The notes under the pieces: generated by a model
Told to the model about the DNA's origin: nothing
Database searches by the model: none
Seen by the model: the letters and a program-made list of their open reading frames with translations, nothing else
Shown: positions 48,813 to 62,142 of the stretch, in pieces
Position numbering within the stretch: the first letter of the stretch is position 1
Layout of the letters: every line of letters begins with the position of its first letter
Assembly: GCA_008632985.1 (NCBI GenBank)
Contig: QPGO01000162.1
Location: 1-64,000, forward strand
Length of the DNA: 64,000 nucleotides
Direction of reading: 5' to 3'
Source of the DNA: Psammoneis japonica
Taxonomy: Eukaryota
Translations under genes and position numbers: made by a program

Positions 48813-49813
48813 ATGTTTAAGAGTTTATCAGCACTCCGCGGATCCGGGAGCAGCAACAAGGACGATCCCAACAACAACAGTGCGGAGGGTTTGTCCTTTG
48901 CTGGGGGAGAGGAGGTGACAGAGGATGGTGCCGCCCGGGATGCTTTGGAGAAAAAAGTCCGTGATCGAGACTCGACTGTAAGTGCTCTCGAAAAGAAACG
49001 GAGTGAGAAGGAGAAGGAGCTCGAGGCTCTCCAGAAGGAGTTGGAGGAGGAACGTCTCAAGCAGATGGAGGATGCCATTTTGCATCGCTTGGAGCGAGAG
49101 CGTCTTCAACGACAAACCAAGGCCATGGAGGAACGATTAGAAGCTCTTGAACGTGATATGCAAGATAAGGAGGCTATTCAGGAGTACGCCAATCTCATCA
49201 AGAGCGTGGCTCCTGCCAACGGGGTTGATTCACAGTATGTGATGAAGTTGCAGTCGCAGCTTGCAAAAGCGATTAAAAAAATGGACGCAACGTCACATCA
49301 GATGACACTTGTGGAAGACAGCTGCAATGAAGTTGTAGGCTCGCTCAAAACAGAGATCGCGGAGATCGTGCGAGATCGCTGCCGCACCGAATTTGAATTG
49401 CGCAAGCAACTAGAATTGTTAGAGGAACAAAAAGCGACCATGCAGGCCGATTATGAAGATCAGATCAAAAAGAATCAGGAGGAACTGGAACGGCTAAAGC
49501 TATGCGCCAATGAAGAGGAAGCTGAAGATATTCAATCTCAACTGGAAGAGACGGAAATGAGGTGCGTTCTTGCACTCGTAGAAGACGGAAAGTGGCCCTA
49601 TTGGAACAATCTCACTTTGTGCTTTTATCAATTCGCTGCACTAGGCTGGAAGAGCTTCATCGGGTACATCAAATCCAGACGGAAACTATTCAGGAGCTCC
49701 ATGACACTTTGGAAACGTATGATGATCAAGCATCCACGATGGGGGCGTCTGTGGTTGGATCCGTGGCTCAATCTGTCATTGAAGAGAAAGAGGACGAAGA
49801 TGAGGAAGAGTAG
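48813..49813 (+). CDS. Coiled-coil protein of unknown function; intron 49562-49644
   Basis: Long E/K/Q/L-rich ORF. A GTGCGT...CTAG intron joins ETEMR|LEELHRVH in frame and leads to TAG at 49811-49813. Confidence 0.8.
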
Positions 49814-50114
49814 GAGTCTGTCTGGGGCAAGCATCGGTAGGACGGCTGGAGCACGTATGGTTGTTGGCTCATGTATGGTGGCACGGACATGGATCTACCT
49901 CTATGTTGTCGGGGGGTGAATGAAAGAGATTGCCATGTTAGCAAGTTATGCACTGCTCCGGTGTGCAAGACACGATATTCAGAGTTGGACGTGCATACTC
50001 TTTCGAGTGAGTAAAACTAGTTGTGAAGAATTACATATTACGAGTTTTTGAGTTCCATGTCTGCGTTCAGCGGGGACCACCTATCTTACCTAGTAGAAGT
50101 AGTCTAAAGGTACC

Positions 50115-51274
50115 TTACTTTCGGGTCAGAGCCACGCGAGCCATCTGGACCGCTCCCTCGTACGTCTCGTTACCACCAATGAAGCCGGCCGCGTGGCAGA
50201 ACTTGCACCCGGGGATCTTTGCAATCTTGGCCAGGTCTTGATCGCGTACCCCCCTCCATTCTTCGGGTAAGCTGAGTCTGTTCTCGAATCCTCTTCCTTC
50301 CACAGTGACAGCCTGAACACGCCACATACCAGCTACATCCGTGTAGAGAACAAACTTGATGAGCGGATCAATGTTATGTTCCTTTTCCAGGTCGTAAAGG
50401 TGGTTTCGCCAAGGCAAGCCGCCGCTTTCCAAGCAAATCACTTCCCCTGATGCAGCAACTTCACTACGCGTTAATAATGCCTTTTCTACTAGGGAGCGGG
50501 CAGGGATGTCGCTCTCAACAATATTGACCAGAATGGAGAGGAACTCTTCACCACAAATGGAACTGGCAACCTCGAACCTGTTGTCAAGGCTAGGCTTTTT
50601 CCAGTGGCATCCACTTCATTCCAACGAGGATTCAAACGAGCCACACGACGAGACAAACCCGTGTTGTCCTTATAGATGAGATCAACGCCTTCTTCGACCA
50701 TTTCTACTCCCGTATCAATGGCGTCCAGCGCCTCCAGAAACGAATCATAAAGCTTGTTGTATGCCAAATCTAAATGCTCGTTCGACAAGTCTGGGTAGTG
50801 TACTTTTATGACGGCTTTTCCAAAATGACGGTACACTAGTCCACTAGCACTCAGCTTGGTACAGCGTCCATTGCCTCCTCCGTCATCAAATCGTTCGTCA
50901 TAACCACGTTGGTGATGATCGTAACGCCGAGTCTCGTGGTTGTAGATGCCTCCAACATCAATAACAATATCTAGCTGGTCCAGAACGTCGTTGTCTCTCG
51001 AACGAACTACCTTAGAATTGCGATACTCTGGAAGCTGACGTAGCATCCACACCCCCATAGCTTCGTCCGCCTGAAACGTACCCGAATGCGTCCCAATCAC
51101 CTTGCTGGATACCTCAGTCTCATCAAGTTTTGCTCGCTTTGTCGAGAATGCCATTCTTCTGGTTGATACGACACGAGGAGACGTCCAAGCTGCTGCTCTC
51201 CTCGCTATGGAGGAGAAGAAGAAGAGCGAAATGATCAATCCACAATGTGAATGCCACCACTCCGCAGTCACCAT
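50115..51274 (-). CDS. MYG1: MYG1 (UPF0160) exonuclease; apparent frameshifts near 50600 and 50495; start at 51274 or 51154
   Basis: IGTHSGTFQADEA, DVGGIY..RYDHHQRG, KLSASGLVYRHFG, DAIDTGV, WRVQAV, LPEEWRG, FCHAAGFIGGN. Confidence 0.93.
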
Positions 51275-51821
51275 GAGCCATGCGCATGAGGCCGAATTCG
51301 CACTTGTGGCACCTTTTTGCGGCGGTGTGTAAAGTACTGTACTGTACTTCTACCGTACCGGTATGCTGTACCGTGATTATCATAGAAAATCTGTGCCAAA
51401 ATCAGAATCTGTTTCTATTTTTCAGGGCTTCAGAAAATCTGTACCCATTCTGAACGGAAATCTGGAATCTGTATCCCAGTACAAATTTACGTAGTTGCGA
51501 CACTGCTTTCATCATTGTGGTGGTGCTTGGAGCTGACGGTGCTTTTTGTTTTCGTTGTTGCTTTGAACAGCTTGGTCAGAGGACACACATGCCATGAGTG
51601 AGCAACCGTGTTGAAAGCGAACACCATCAGCTGCAGCAGCATTGTCAGAGGAAAATGATGTCAGCGTGAAGAAAGCAAGAGCAGAGCGCTCCAAGAAACA
51701 GGGCAACAGGAAGGAACTGCCACCTGAAGACAACAGCTCCTCTGGTTTCTTGAGTGGATCTGTCTAAGACATGCCCCACCATTGCTTCAAAGATTCCGAG
51801 GGTGGAAGAAGAAGCAAATCA

Positions 51822-52025
51822 AATGCCATCTGTCGTGTCGCATCGAATGCAGCATCGCGTCGGATGCTGTGTGTCGCGTTGGACACCGTCTGCAGCATCA
51901 TGTCAGATGCCAGCCACAGCACTGCATCCAATGCTGTCTGCAGCATCATGTCGGGTGCTGGCTGTTGCATTGCATCAAATGCTGTCTGCGTTGTCATGTT
52001 GAATGCTGTCCATCGAATGCTGTCA
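51822..52025. repeat. Degenerate tandem repeat, unit about 24 bp (AATGCTGTCTGCAGCATCATGTCG-like)
   Basis: Recurrent (A/G)ATGC(T/C)(G/A)TC...GCATC units. Confidence 0.6.
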
Positions 52026-52139
52026 ATCACACTGCGTTGGAAGCTGTCTGTCTCGTCTCATTGAAAACTGAGTGACTCGGAGGGAGTGACTTGCTTGCAA
52101 CCAGTTTTAGATTGGATTCCATGCTGCTTGGCACTCCAG

Positions 52140-52300
52140 TTTGTTTGTTCAATGCCACTCTAGATTCCACACCGGCACTGCTCTGGGTCGTTTGTTCAAC
52201 ACTGCTCTAGATTTAGATGCTGCTCTGGGATCTTTGTTCGGCGCAACTTTCTAGATTAGACACTGCTCTTGGTTCATTGTTCAATGCTGCTCTAGATTCA
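52140..52300. repeat. Tandem repeat, unit about 42-48 bp (TTGTTCAA..CTGCTCTAGATT..CTGCTCTGG)
   Basis: Four TCTAGATT cores near 52159, 52206, 52250 and 52291. Confidence 0.75.
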
Positions 52301-55300
52301 ACAATGTGCTGGAACCAATGCAGTTGGATCACACAGCAGCTTTGTTGATTCTGGAGCATCTGTTTTTTTCTTCATTGCTGGCATTCATTCCAATGAACAT
52401 CCGCGCACAATGGCATGGCACAAATGCCGTCTCCTCATGGTGCACCATTCCTCTTGCAATTTTCAAACTCCTGGACAGAAGCTTGCCACTCGTCAAGCTC
52501 ACTTTCATTCCTCTGTGCAACATTTCGATTTTTGTTTGGCTCATCCACAGAAAAATGTCCACATCGCACACATTGATGGTGCGCTTGGTTGTCCGGCAGG
52601 CATCCGCCGACAAGAAACTTCCTGTTGCGCTCTTCGGACATCAGGGGCACGACCACAGCCTGATCTTGATGCAAAGCAGCATGATGAGCTGCGTTTCTTG
52701 CTGACAATGCAATGTCCCTCACTTGGCTGATGGTCTTCATGATTGGGTCCACCTGCCCGGCATGAGTGGCACGCTGTGGTTCTCCTTGCTTCCGCATGCG
52801 ATCAAGCACATCATTCAAATCCAGCAATGCCGCTGCTGTGGGTGCCGCTCCAAAACTGGTCTTGTTTGGTGCAGCAACAGTGGAAGGAATGCATTTCCTG
52901 AATGCTTCGACATCGCGGGCATTCTCCGTGCCAATCCTGTTCTCAACTTCCACCTTGTTTGTGATGAAAATCTTGACGATCTTTTCTTCTCCGCCACCAC
53001 ACCATGACTCAGTTCCCTCAGCTTGTTGAGCATTTCATCCCTCATGGGACCATATACATTGTCATGCTCAACAGTGTCACATGGAGTTTTGGCATTTGAT
53101 TCCTGTGCATGGACACGGTTGTGCATGGCGTTTGCTTGCCATGGTCGACAAGAGACATCGAGAGTGTTTTGTGCGTCGCGGTGTCGGAGAGGTGGATTGA
53201 GATTCCGTTTCGGCAAAGAATGCTTTTTTTCTACAAAGGAGCTTGGTGCATTTCCATGTTGTGGTGAGAGCAGAATTTCTTTTGTGGTGAGAGCAGAATC
53301 TTGCGTGCCAAGTGCTCAGCGCAGCTTGAAGCTGTGCGATGCGCGAGAGAGGAGCAGAGTGACAGATCACAAGTGAAGACGACCGCCTTCGCGTTCGCCA
53401 CGTCATGCTGGCGTTCACTGCTTTCCAAGATGACATCAGAGAACACAGCAGTGAAGCCACATCTGGGCACTGTTTTGGCTTCACTCTGCTTTTTCCCAAG
53501 TGAACGTGGTGCAGAAATCTGCGCAAACAATGAGATGAGCACACACACCACAAACAACAGCATCATTCATGCTGCTTGTTCACCGAAGCAATGACAACAC
53601 GAGATCTCTACCCACAAAATGCACAATTGAGATTTTCATTCAACATTCTTGTCCTTGTTGGGCTTTTTGGTGCCCCCAAATCCTAAAAACTGACACACGA
53701 CGTCAACAACAACTGTGTTGCTGCATTCTGTGTCATCGCACTGAGTTGCCAACAACAATTCCTGTAGAACACATTCAAAATTTCACTCTTTTCAACACAC
53801 ATTCTCATCAAATTTTCACAAGAGTGTTGAGGAAAGAACAGTGCATTGAAAACAGCTCAGGCCCCAAGTGCCGCAATTGCCATCATTCTTTGCTGTTGAA
53901 CAGCGGCTGCAACAACTCCAAAAGGAATCTTTGTTTTCACACTGACTCAAAGGATTTGAAAATCGAGCATGATGTGAATCCCCTTGAATCCACCACAAAA
54001 GATTCCTTTTTCTTCATGACATCAGGGTTTGGCTGATTTTGTCAAACGCAAAGGCGACCGTGTTCATGATCTGTCACTCCAGTGCTGTGTGAGCAGCTGC
54101 CGGCCACAGTGCTGACAAAAGGAATTTCAATTGTGCAACATCCCATTTTCACTGAGTCTGACCAGATTGGTGCTGCACACATGACATTGCCATTGGCAAT
54201 TGCCACAAGTCCTGCATGTGTCACTCGCTTCTCTTGCACACAAATCTCAACAAGTCATCCCCAGGGCATTGCTGTTGAGCATGGATTCTTGGCTGGCGCT
54301 TGAGGCATCAGACCATGCTGCTGCTGCATGCTCCCATGCCGTCCCCATCAAAATTGCCCAGCTGCATCAGTTCATTCCATGTCATGAATCCATTGTTCAC
54401 TCTGCACATTTTCTGGGAACAACAGGACAAAAGAGTGCTTCCACAAGTGAAAAAAGAACACACTGTTTGACAAGGGTTGCAAGCAAATTCTGACTCAACT
54501 CACACGTTGTGTGCAGTGCTGTGCACACTTTGTGTGCTCACCTCTTCTGGTGCAGACATTGTGCAACATTCTGGCTTTGATTTTTCAGATGTCATTGTTC
54601 AGGTGGCTCATTTCTGTCTCATGAAAGTGCCATTTGGATGATGGCATGTTGTTCAGATGAGACATGAGGTCATTCACAGACATTTCCAAATCACTCAATG
54701 AAGCTGCCACCACCAAAAGTCATGCTTTGGTGCGCCCCACCCAATTTGACAATGGCAGACATGACAGCATCAAAAGTGCAACTTTTTGTGATGATCCTGA
54801 GGGTGCAAAAGCAATTTGGTGTGAAACGGCATGTTTGATGGTCAGGTGTTGACATTGCTCAATGTCTCAGCCAAATCATTGCTTGTTCAAGACAGTCCCT
54901 CTTGGCATTCCACCCAATTAGATGATGATGGACATGACACAAAAAAGGGACAATCTGAAACAGCAATTCTGAGGGAGTGAAAGCAATTTGGTGAGAAATG
55001 GCAGGTTGACTTCATGGTCACCAAGCGAGAGCAGTGGAGGGAGTTGGAAGCTTGGCCTTGCATGTTGTGACCACACGTTGAGTCTTGTGAATCGCGATGA
55101 TGACACTCTTTTCTTGTTGTGACGTTGACAGCTGCAACAGTCCATTTGGGCAATGAGGTTGATTTTTGGCACCTGCATGATTTCTGTGGCGTCCCCACCC
55201 ATGGCAGTGCATGCTCAATGCACAGCACAGTGGTGTTGGGAAACTGCAAGAAGCTTTCCAAGATGGCGTTGCACAGCTTGGAGACTGGAGTGACCGAACT

Positions 55301-58069
55301 CAGCAAGCTGAAAGAGGCAATGCCCAATGTTCAAGCTGGGGACAACTCAATCAAGCAAGATGAGCCAACACAAAGAATTGCAAAATTGTCCATTTCCACG
55401 TGTCCAAAAGAGCTTGAGCTTCTGGGCAATGACAGAACATTGGCCCCACCTCAACATTCCTTTTCTTTGTGAGACAGCCTGTTCTTGTCATTGACTGCAT
55501 TCTTTGCCAAAGTCAATGATGAGGATGACCCCAGGTTGATGTGACCCTGATTGAGATGTGTCAATGGTTGGCAAATCTTCACGACAGCCCCAAATTGTGC
55601 GCAGTGGTGACGTTGACCCCTGACAGTCCAATTTGTGAGAGTGGACATGTCTTGCTCTGGCCCAGTGTTGGATGTTTGTCCTTTGCCCCACTGAAGTCAC
55701 AAGCCCATTGTGTGCAATTGATGCCTCCAGTGTGTTGAACCAGAGTTGGGTGGTGGATTGCACACAGTGTTTTTTGACACTTGGAAAGCCCTGTCCAGCT
55801 GGAGATTGGACAGCTCAAGCTTGGCTCAGTTGGGAAGTCCAGGCAACTGGCTGCTCCAGTTGCCAGCTGGAGACAGGGTGGCCCATTTGTGGCTGGCAAA
55901 AGCTGCTGCAGCAGGCTGGTCAAAAGAGACAAAAGTCAATTGTTTTGTAGACAAGGACCCCAAGATTGACTTGAAGAACCGCTCCTGTTGTGGCCAATGT
56001 GGGCTGGCTGGGATGACCCAGGAAGCAAAGAGTCACAGCCATCCCCACCTGACCAGCTCATCCTGTGGCCCTGCCCCCCAACACCTGTTCTTGCACAACC
56101 ACAGGACACACACAACTGAGAACTTTGTTGACTTCACAAAAATCCCGCTCCTTGCAATGATGCAATGACAACACCAGCTGCCAGCACAAGGGAGAGTGCC
56201 GATGAGAGACTCTGTCCCTGTGCTTGTCATCCAAAAGACCAATGATGACAACAGTTCTGTCAGCTCTGGCAACATCCCAGATGATGGCTCCCTCTCCCTG
56301 AGCTCAACATGCAGGACAATGACATCTCTGCAAGCCCAGTTTGGCTGACATCCAAGACAATGACTGTCTCAGCATCACAACCAAAGTTGAGCTCAGCTGG
56401 GAGAATGACATCACCTCAGTGCCTGCTTCCACCAGCAACAAGAAGACACATGATGCCAATGATGACCAATGCCCCATGATGAGCCCCACATGCAGTGGCA
56501 ATGATGGAGGTGACAATGGATCATTGCTTGCTTTGGTCACCAAGAAGGATGACAGCTGGTGCACCAGCTCACAATGGCTTTGTCATCACGACCAAGCATG
56601 TGGCACCCCACACTGAGACTGCATTGATGAGGTCATGCTGCCAATCTGTCCGGTGGACCTGCTGGACTTGCAACTGCCATCTGATGAAGACACTCACAGA
56701 CCTGCTTGTTCTTGATTTTGAGCTGGAGTTCTGAATGAGTCAGCAGATGCACCCAGTCCAACCCCACCTGTTGTTGTCACAGACCAAACGGACACATCAC
56801 CCCATCACCAGAACCACAATTCTTTGTCAATGCCATGGAGCACACCATGCTCAGGAACAGTGCAAAAACAATCACTCTGTTTGACCATGGACTGCACTCA
56901 AGCAGCAAAAATCAAGAAGACATGGGTTGATGAGTGTCTTGATGGTCAGGAAGATGTGATGAGTTGCTCAGATGACACATGTCACTTGATTTTCATGCTT
57001 GTGCAACTTGGGCAGGGTGACAAAAAAGACATGAACAGAAGTGGGCTCAAAGTTGTGCATCCCAGCTTTTCATGCTGTCTCCATGAAAAGTCATTGAAAG
57101 GGCTCTCAAGGCCATGACCAAACCAGCTGGGTCTGGCACTTTTGCCCCCCCCCCCCCCCTTGCAATAACATTTCAAGGCCAGATGCCACATCTGAGCCTT
57201 GTGTGCCTGGAGGAAATGGCTGCCACTGACTCCTTCTTTGCAGGTGTGGAAAAGCTTTTCCAGGTGCACCACACAAGTTCATTGAGGCACGTCCTCTCTC
57301 ACATCATGACAAACTTTGTCGCGCATTTGAGCTGAGTTGGAGCTCCCTGCAACATGCAAAGATTTCATCTGGAGAGAAAGTGCACATCACCACAAGCTCT
57401 CTGCTGTGACAATGCTGGGGCCCAACAATCCAAGGCACAGTTGCCAACATCAACTGCCAAAAGTTTGTGGCTGGGGGGCAGTTCACCAAACCTTGCCATC
57501 CCCAGCAGAGCCCCTGGCTGAGCCACATGATGCCATCAAGTTTGTTGCAACCTGCTCACAAAACATCGTGGATTGCATGAATGCATCCATTGTCATGTGG
57601 CCAGAATGTTGCACCTCTCTGTCTTAGATCAAGAGATCAAGACTCAGGGAAGTGTCACATGAAAGTCAATGTGTTGTGGCTCAATGGCAACATGACATGC
57701 TGGACCCACTTGCACACACCCTGTGCAACAGCCCTTGGCTCCTCATTTTGTCATCTGTGCATGCTCAATGACCATGAATGTCATTGACGTACCCAAAATT
57801 GCAACAGACCTGCAAAGTTTGGCACCTTCAAACCCTGGGAATGCAGCAAACTCCTGCCTGAAGGCTTCGAACATGCCTCCCACCATGTCACATTTTCTGT
57901 CAAGTTTGGCCTCTGCCAGAAAGCACACCTTGCAGCCATGGGCAACTTTGCTGATCCTCCAAAAGAAGGCACACATGTTTTGCACTTCACATCAAAGGGC
58001 CAGTGCTTCCAGTGTGGTTGAAGCTCCTCTTGGTGCTCCCAAGTGCAGTGTGCCACAGCTGTCATGGGC

Positions 58070-58240
58070 TCCAAAGACATGCTTGGTTGGAGCATCTGGA
58101 CTGGCATGCAACCAGCAAATTGAAGCACAGATGAAAGCACTTCTGTGTGGACTCTGAAAACATGCTTGGTTGGAGCATCTGGGGGCTGGCATGGCAACCA
58201 GCAATTAAAGCACAGACAACAGCACTTTGTTGTGGACTCC
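58070..58240. repeat. Tandem duplication of about 83 bp
   Basis: ACATGCTTGGTTGGAGCATCTGG...GCAACCAGCAA..AAGCACAGA..AGCACTT..TGTGGACTC occurs twice. Confidence 0.85.
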
Positions 58241-59049
58241 ACACCAAAGAAGAACAATTCCACCTCCTCCATTTCAGCATTTTTTCCAACAGCAGCCTCA
58301 AGAACAAACTTTCCTTTTTGTCTGCACTGCTGTCAAATGCACCATGCATGTGTTCATTGGCCTCCACCTTCCATTGTGCTGGGAATTGCGGTTCTTGAGA
58401 AAACAAGTCTTGTCATTGAGGAGGTCTTCCTGACAGTCTGCAAGGACACAGTCTGTGAAACCCAGTTGGTGGCAAATCCACAAGCACACCGACAGGTGAA
58501 AATCAGACTGCAGCCGGCCAGTGGCATGGATGGCAACAGCACCTGAGCAAACTTGCTCTTCCTCCAGCCAACCCACGGCAATCTGACAATGAAGATGGAA
58601 AGTGTCTTTTGAGCCCAAGGGCAGGAAAAGGAGCACTCCCTGCTCAAAGCAAAAGCAGTGCGCCTTGCTTTCCACATCTGAGCAAATCTCCGCTGTTTCA
58701 CCAAACTGGCTCCAGCTTGTTGAAAGCAATGTGGCCACCAAGGTGTCAATCCTTCTGCACCACAGGGCCAGCCAGTCACATCCTACAATGTGACATCATG
58801 ATCTTTGTGCACTCAAAAGTTGGTTGTTTTAAAACAGGTGCATGTGCAAAACTGATGAGATTGCTCAACACGTGTGTTCACATGCCAGGTGCAAACAAGG
58901 GACAGCATGGAAAGACACGGATCAGTGACTAAACTCGTGGCCATCTTAGCACAGTCTGTCAACTTATAGAGTGATGGTGATGATGGTCTTTTCAATGATT
59001 GGAAGCTCCGAGAATGTTCTGAATGCGAGGTTGGACATTGCTTGTCTCC

Positions 59050-60326
59050 TCACTCATCGCCAACGCAAGCCTTCTGGTGCGATGGCCATGTCATTTTCAG
59101 TCCAAAAGGGCTGGAAAATTGTCGTGAAGTCGGCACAACGAAATTCCAAGTCAAAGACACGAATCTGAACCTTGAAAGCAGGCATTTTGGACAAAACTTT
59201 GCAAATTTGCTTTCCTGTTCGCGGCCTTTCAGCTCGGAATGCCAAAGAAATCCCTCCTCCTCCAGGATTTCCATACAGACGTCTGCTTCACATCGAAAGG
59301 CATTTGAAGAATCATGCTCGGCCTGCACAATGAGAGCCCTTGCTCCAGCCTGAGTGCCATCCACCTCGACTGCGTCATTGCACCAAGTGAAAAACATTCC
59401 AAAGCCATCGCGGTCGTCGAACAAATGAGATGAGGTCGTTCAGTCATCTAGAATGCACACTGATTTCATGTTGTCACGTCTGAAGAGAGTGACTTGGAGG
59501 CTGGGTGCATCTGTGCGCAGAGCATCATCTGCAACGCGTTTTATGATGCCATCGCCATCGACGACGTCATCATCATCGAACCAATCGTCGTTGCAAGATC
59601 CTGTCAGTCAGGATGCATACGTGTGAGCCGGACGGTTTTGACAATGAACTCACACCAGTAGAAGCGCAAATTGCTCTACGTGCGCAATCGTGCCTCGGTC
59701 CTGTTGGTCACACCGTCATCGCATCCTGACTTTGATGCATTGTACGGATTTTCAACCAAGTTCCACCCCGGTGTCATCTGCGTGCATTGTGGAAGTGGTC
59801 CGTGCTGAAGCTGATCATGCATCCATGAAGCTACAATGTGTCGGCGACGCTCGTTTCTGTTGACATCATTGATTCGGCAGAGTTCCACAACTGCAAAGAT
59901 GGAGCTCAGCGGAAGGTTGCTGCGACCGAGTGGCTCCTCTGTCGAAATTCCCACTGAGAGCGATTTGGTCAAGTGACGGAAATCCCAGTTCGATTGTACA
60001 GAGAGACAACTCTGGACCGCATTCTCGGAATGAGTGTTTGCGCAGATTTGTTTCCACAAGTCTCCGCCTTCTCGACCTGAGGAGAGCATTTTTTTCCAGG
60101 ATTCACACACTCGAGACGCAGATCCGACATCCCGAGCGTCAAGCCAGCGCACGACGAGCCGCCACGTAAAGCCATCCATCACAAAGTTTGTTCTGTCAGA
60201 AGACGGGCTCACGCTATCATGTGGTGGTGTATGCAACGATTCATTCGCTTGATTCTTGTTGTTGTCCTTTTTTCTGAAAAGGCGTGAAGCCAAGGCAGAA
60301 ATCTTTGAAAAAGACTCCACAAGCAT
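59050..60326 (-). pseudogene. F-box protein gene, partly TpA-eroded and frameshifted
   Basis: TWRLVVRWLDARDVGSASRVCESWK..DLWKQIC (F-box), continuing through LQVTLFRRDNMKSVCILDD (about 59443-59499) into ORF 59050-59424. Very few Tyr. Confidence 0.7.
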
Positions 60327-62086
60327 TCGACACTAATTGTGCCATTGCTGTCAAGAGCTGCTGCGATGGTGTGACATGCCTCATTGCCTTCTCATTGCTG
60401 TTTTTCCTCTCCCGGGCGTCCTCGCTCTTCCGACATAAATGCTGTGTTTTTTCAGTTTTCAGCGCTGATCAGCTGATTTGAGAAAGGAACATGTGCTTTA
60501 CCAATCGATGTTGACAGTTGTTAGTTACTGTAGACTACTTCTACTAGAGTTAGTGCCGGCTTTCCGTCCCAGCTTCGTGATGCCAGGTGTAAAAATTAAC
60601 CCCCCGTTTTTAACCAAATACCCACCTAGATCGACTAATAGTATACAGATACGAAGTTCAGCACACTTTTGGGGGCTTACAATGGGGGTGAACGTTAGTT
60701 ACTAACCAATCACTGAATGTTGACTCTCGCACTTGCCCGTGTAATAAAGGTGCTCCACGAAAAGTTAGTTCTATTTTGAAATACCAGATACCATGAACAA
60801 TACATACCTGTTACATTCTCGCAAGACATCCGTTTAAAGAGTATGAGACCGATAATGCTCATATCTTGTGTATTTTGTGGCTCTAGCTGGGGTCAAAAGT
60901 CTAGCTAATTCTACCAAAATTTTGAGTCGAGTGGGTCATACGGGATTCAAGACACGTGACTCGCTGTAGGAAGAAGTGAAATTGACCCGTTCTCGACACC
61001 GAGATTAGATGATAACATCAACACAAGACCTATTTCAAGGCTATATTCTATTGTCTAATCCATGGCTAGCCTCCTGACAACTATATTTCACCTCTTTCAT
61101 GCTATAAATTGTGGCAAAGCAATCCGTGAATGCTCATTTCAAGTCACACTTTTCTATTTTGAGATTTGACATTTGTAACTTTGCGATGAATCTAGAGTAG
61201 ATACGAGCCAGGGAGGAGCTCTATTCACTATTATTTATCATTCTATAGAATGGCAGCATCAGAATAATATTGTCAACGTTGTTTGACTGCTTTTTTCTTG
61301 AACCGTACGCCAATTTCATTCTGCATTTTCACTGCCATCCGCCTGACTCTCCCCCATTCAAGAATACTTGGCTGAATGCATTACAGTTGCTTTATCAAAG
61401 TCTTCAAAATAATCGTCTGTTCAAAACCATTGCTCAAATGGGATAGATGATATGACGAAGACGTTGGATTCGTTCATGTGCTCATGCTAGGAAAGACAAC
61501 AAGAATTGGCTGCGGCGGCAAGAAAGTTGAGTGAGACAACAAGTGGTGAGCCTTGGACATATTGGTAACACAATTTTGATTTTAAATTTACTTGCCTTTT
61601 TATAAACTCGGACTTTAACAAATCGGGTTCCGAAAATCCGGCAAATGGTGAGTTGATGCGTCGTCTGCATGCAACATGGCGTCACGAACGGGTGCAACGG
61701 TATGTTTGCATAAAACTCGACTCTCCGCCGTTCTCTGATGGTCCCTTTACAACCCCAAACGAAAGATAGTGTAATAAAGCTGCTGTAGTAATGGGACTAG
61801 AAACGACGATTGTTTAGACACCTTATCTACCGCGTCAATGTCATCGTCGGCTCCGGCGGTTTTTTGACAAGTTCTCCGTGTAAGTTACTGTACCGGTAGT
61901 TAGTTGTCACCGCGGTGATGGTCTGTACGCTAGTCCGGAGCGCGCCTGCCGTGCCAGTTTGAAGTTACTTAAGGCCTGGGTCATAGCAGCGCGCCTCGCA
62001 CATTTTGCAACAATCCAAAAAACCTGTCTGAAAACCACCATGGCGGACCTCGGTTCTTTCCGTTCGCCACAACGCCAAGTCTAGTC

Positions 62087-62142
62087 GTGGGACTACGGAA
62101 GTCCTGTGGGACTAAGGAAGTCCTGTGGGAAGTCCTATGGGA
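62087..62142. repeat. Short tandem repeat GTGGGACTA(C/A)GGAAGTCCT (19-bp units with an internal GGAC..GTCC inverted repeat)
   Basis: Two full units plus truncated units, read directly from the sequence. Confidence 0.8.

Larger units (their letters stand above)
51495..60480. other. Hypermutated block D with unidentified gene/TE relics
   Basis: TA is nearly absent. CG is scarce in the core (about 54-59 kb) and partly retained at 51.5-53.6 kb and 59.0-60.5 kb. Confidence 0.85.

Noticed and set aside
53816..54050. KNDGNCGTWGL and VVDSRG on the minus strand resembling a Ulp1-like protease
   Set aside because: Only short motifs in heavily mutated sequence, and the catalytic His was not identified. 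Too weak to call.
1..60480. Hundreds of overlapping Cys/His/Trp/Gln-rich ORFs in all six frames, suggestive of metal-binding peptides, selenoproteins or an alternative genetic code
   Set aside because: Loss of TpA removes TAA/TAG stops and Tyr codons, and TG/CA excess creates Cys/His/Gln/Trp codons. The ORFs are confined to the depleted blocks, while real genes use the standard code.
62087..62142. CRISPR-like palindromic repeats (also considered for 52140-52300 and 28385-28980)
   Set aside because: The units are directly adjacent without unique spacers, there are no cas genes, and the context is eukaryotic.
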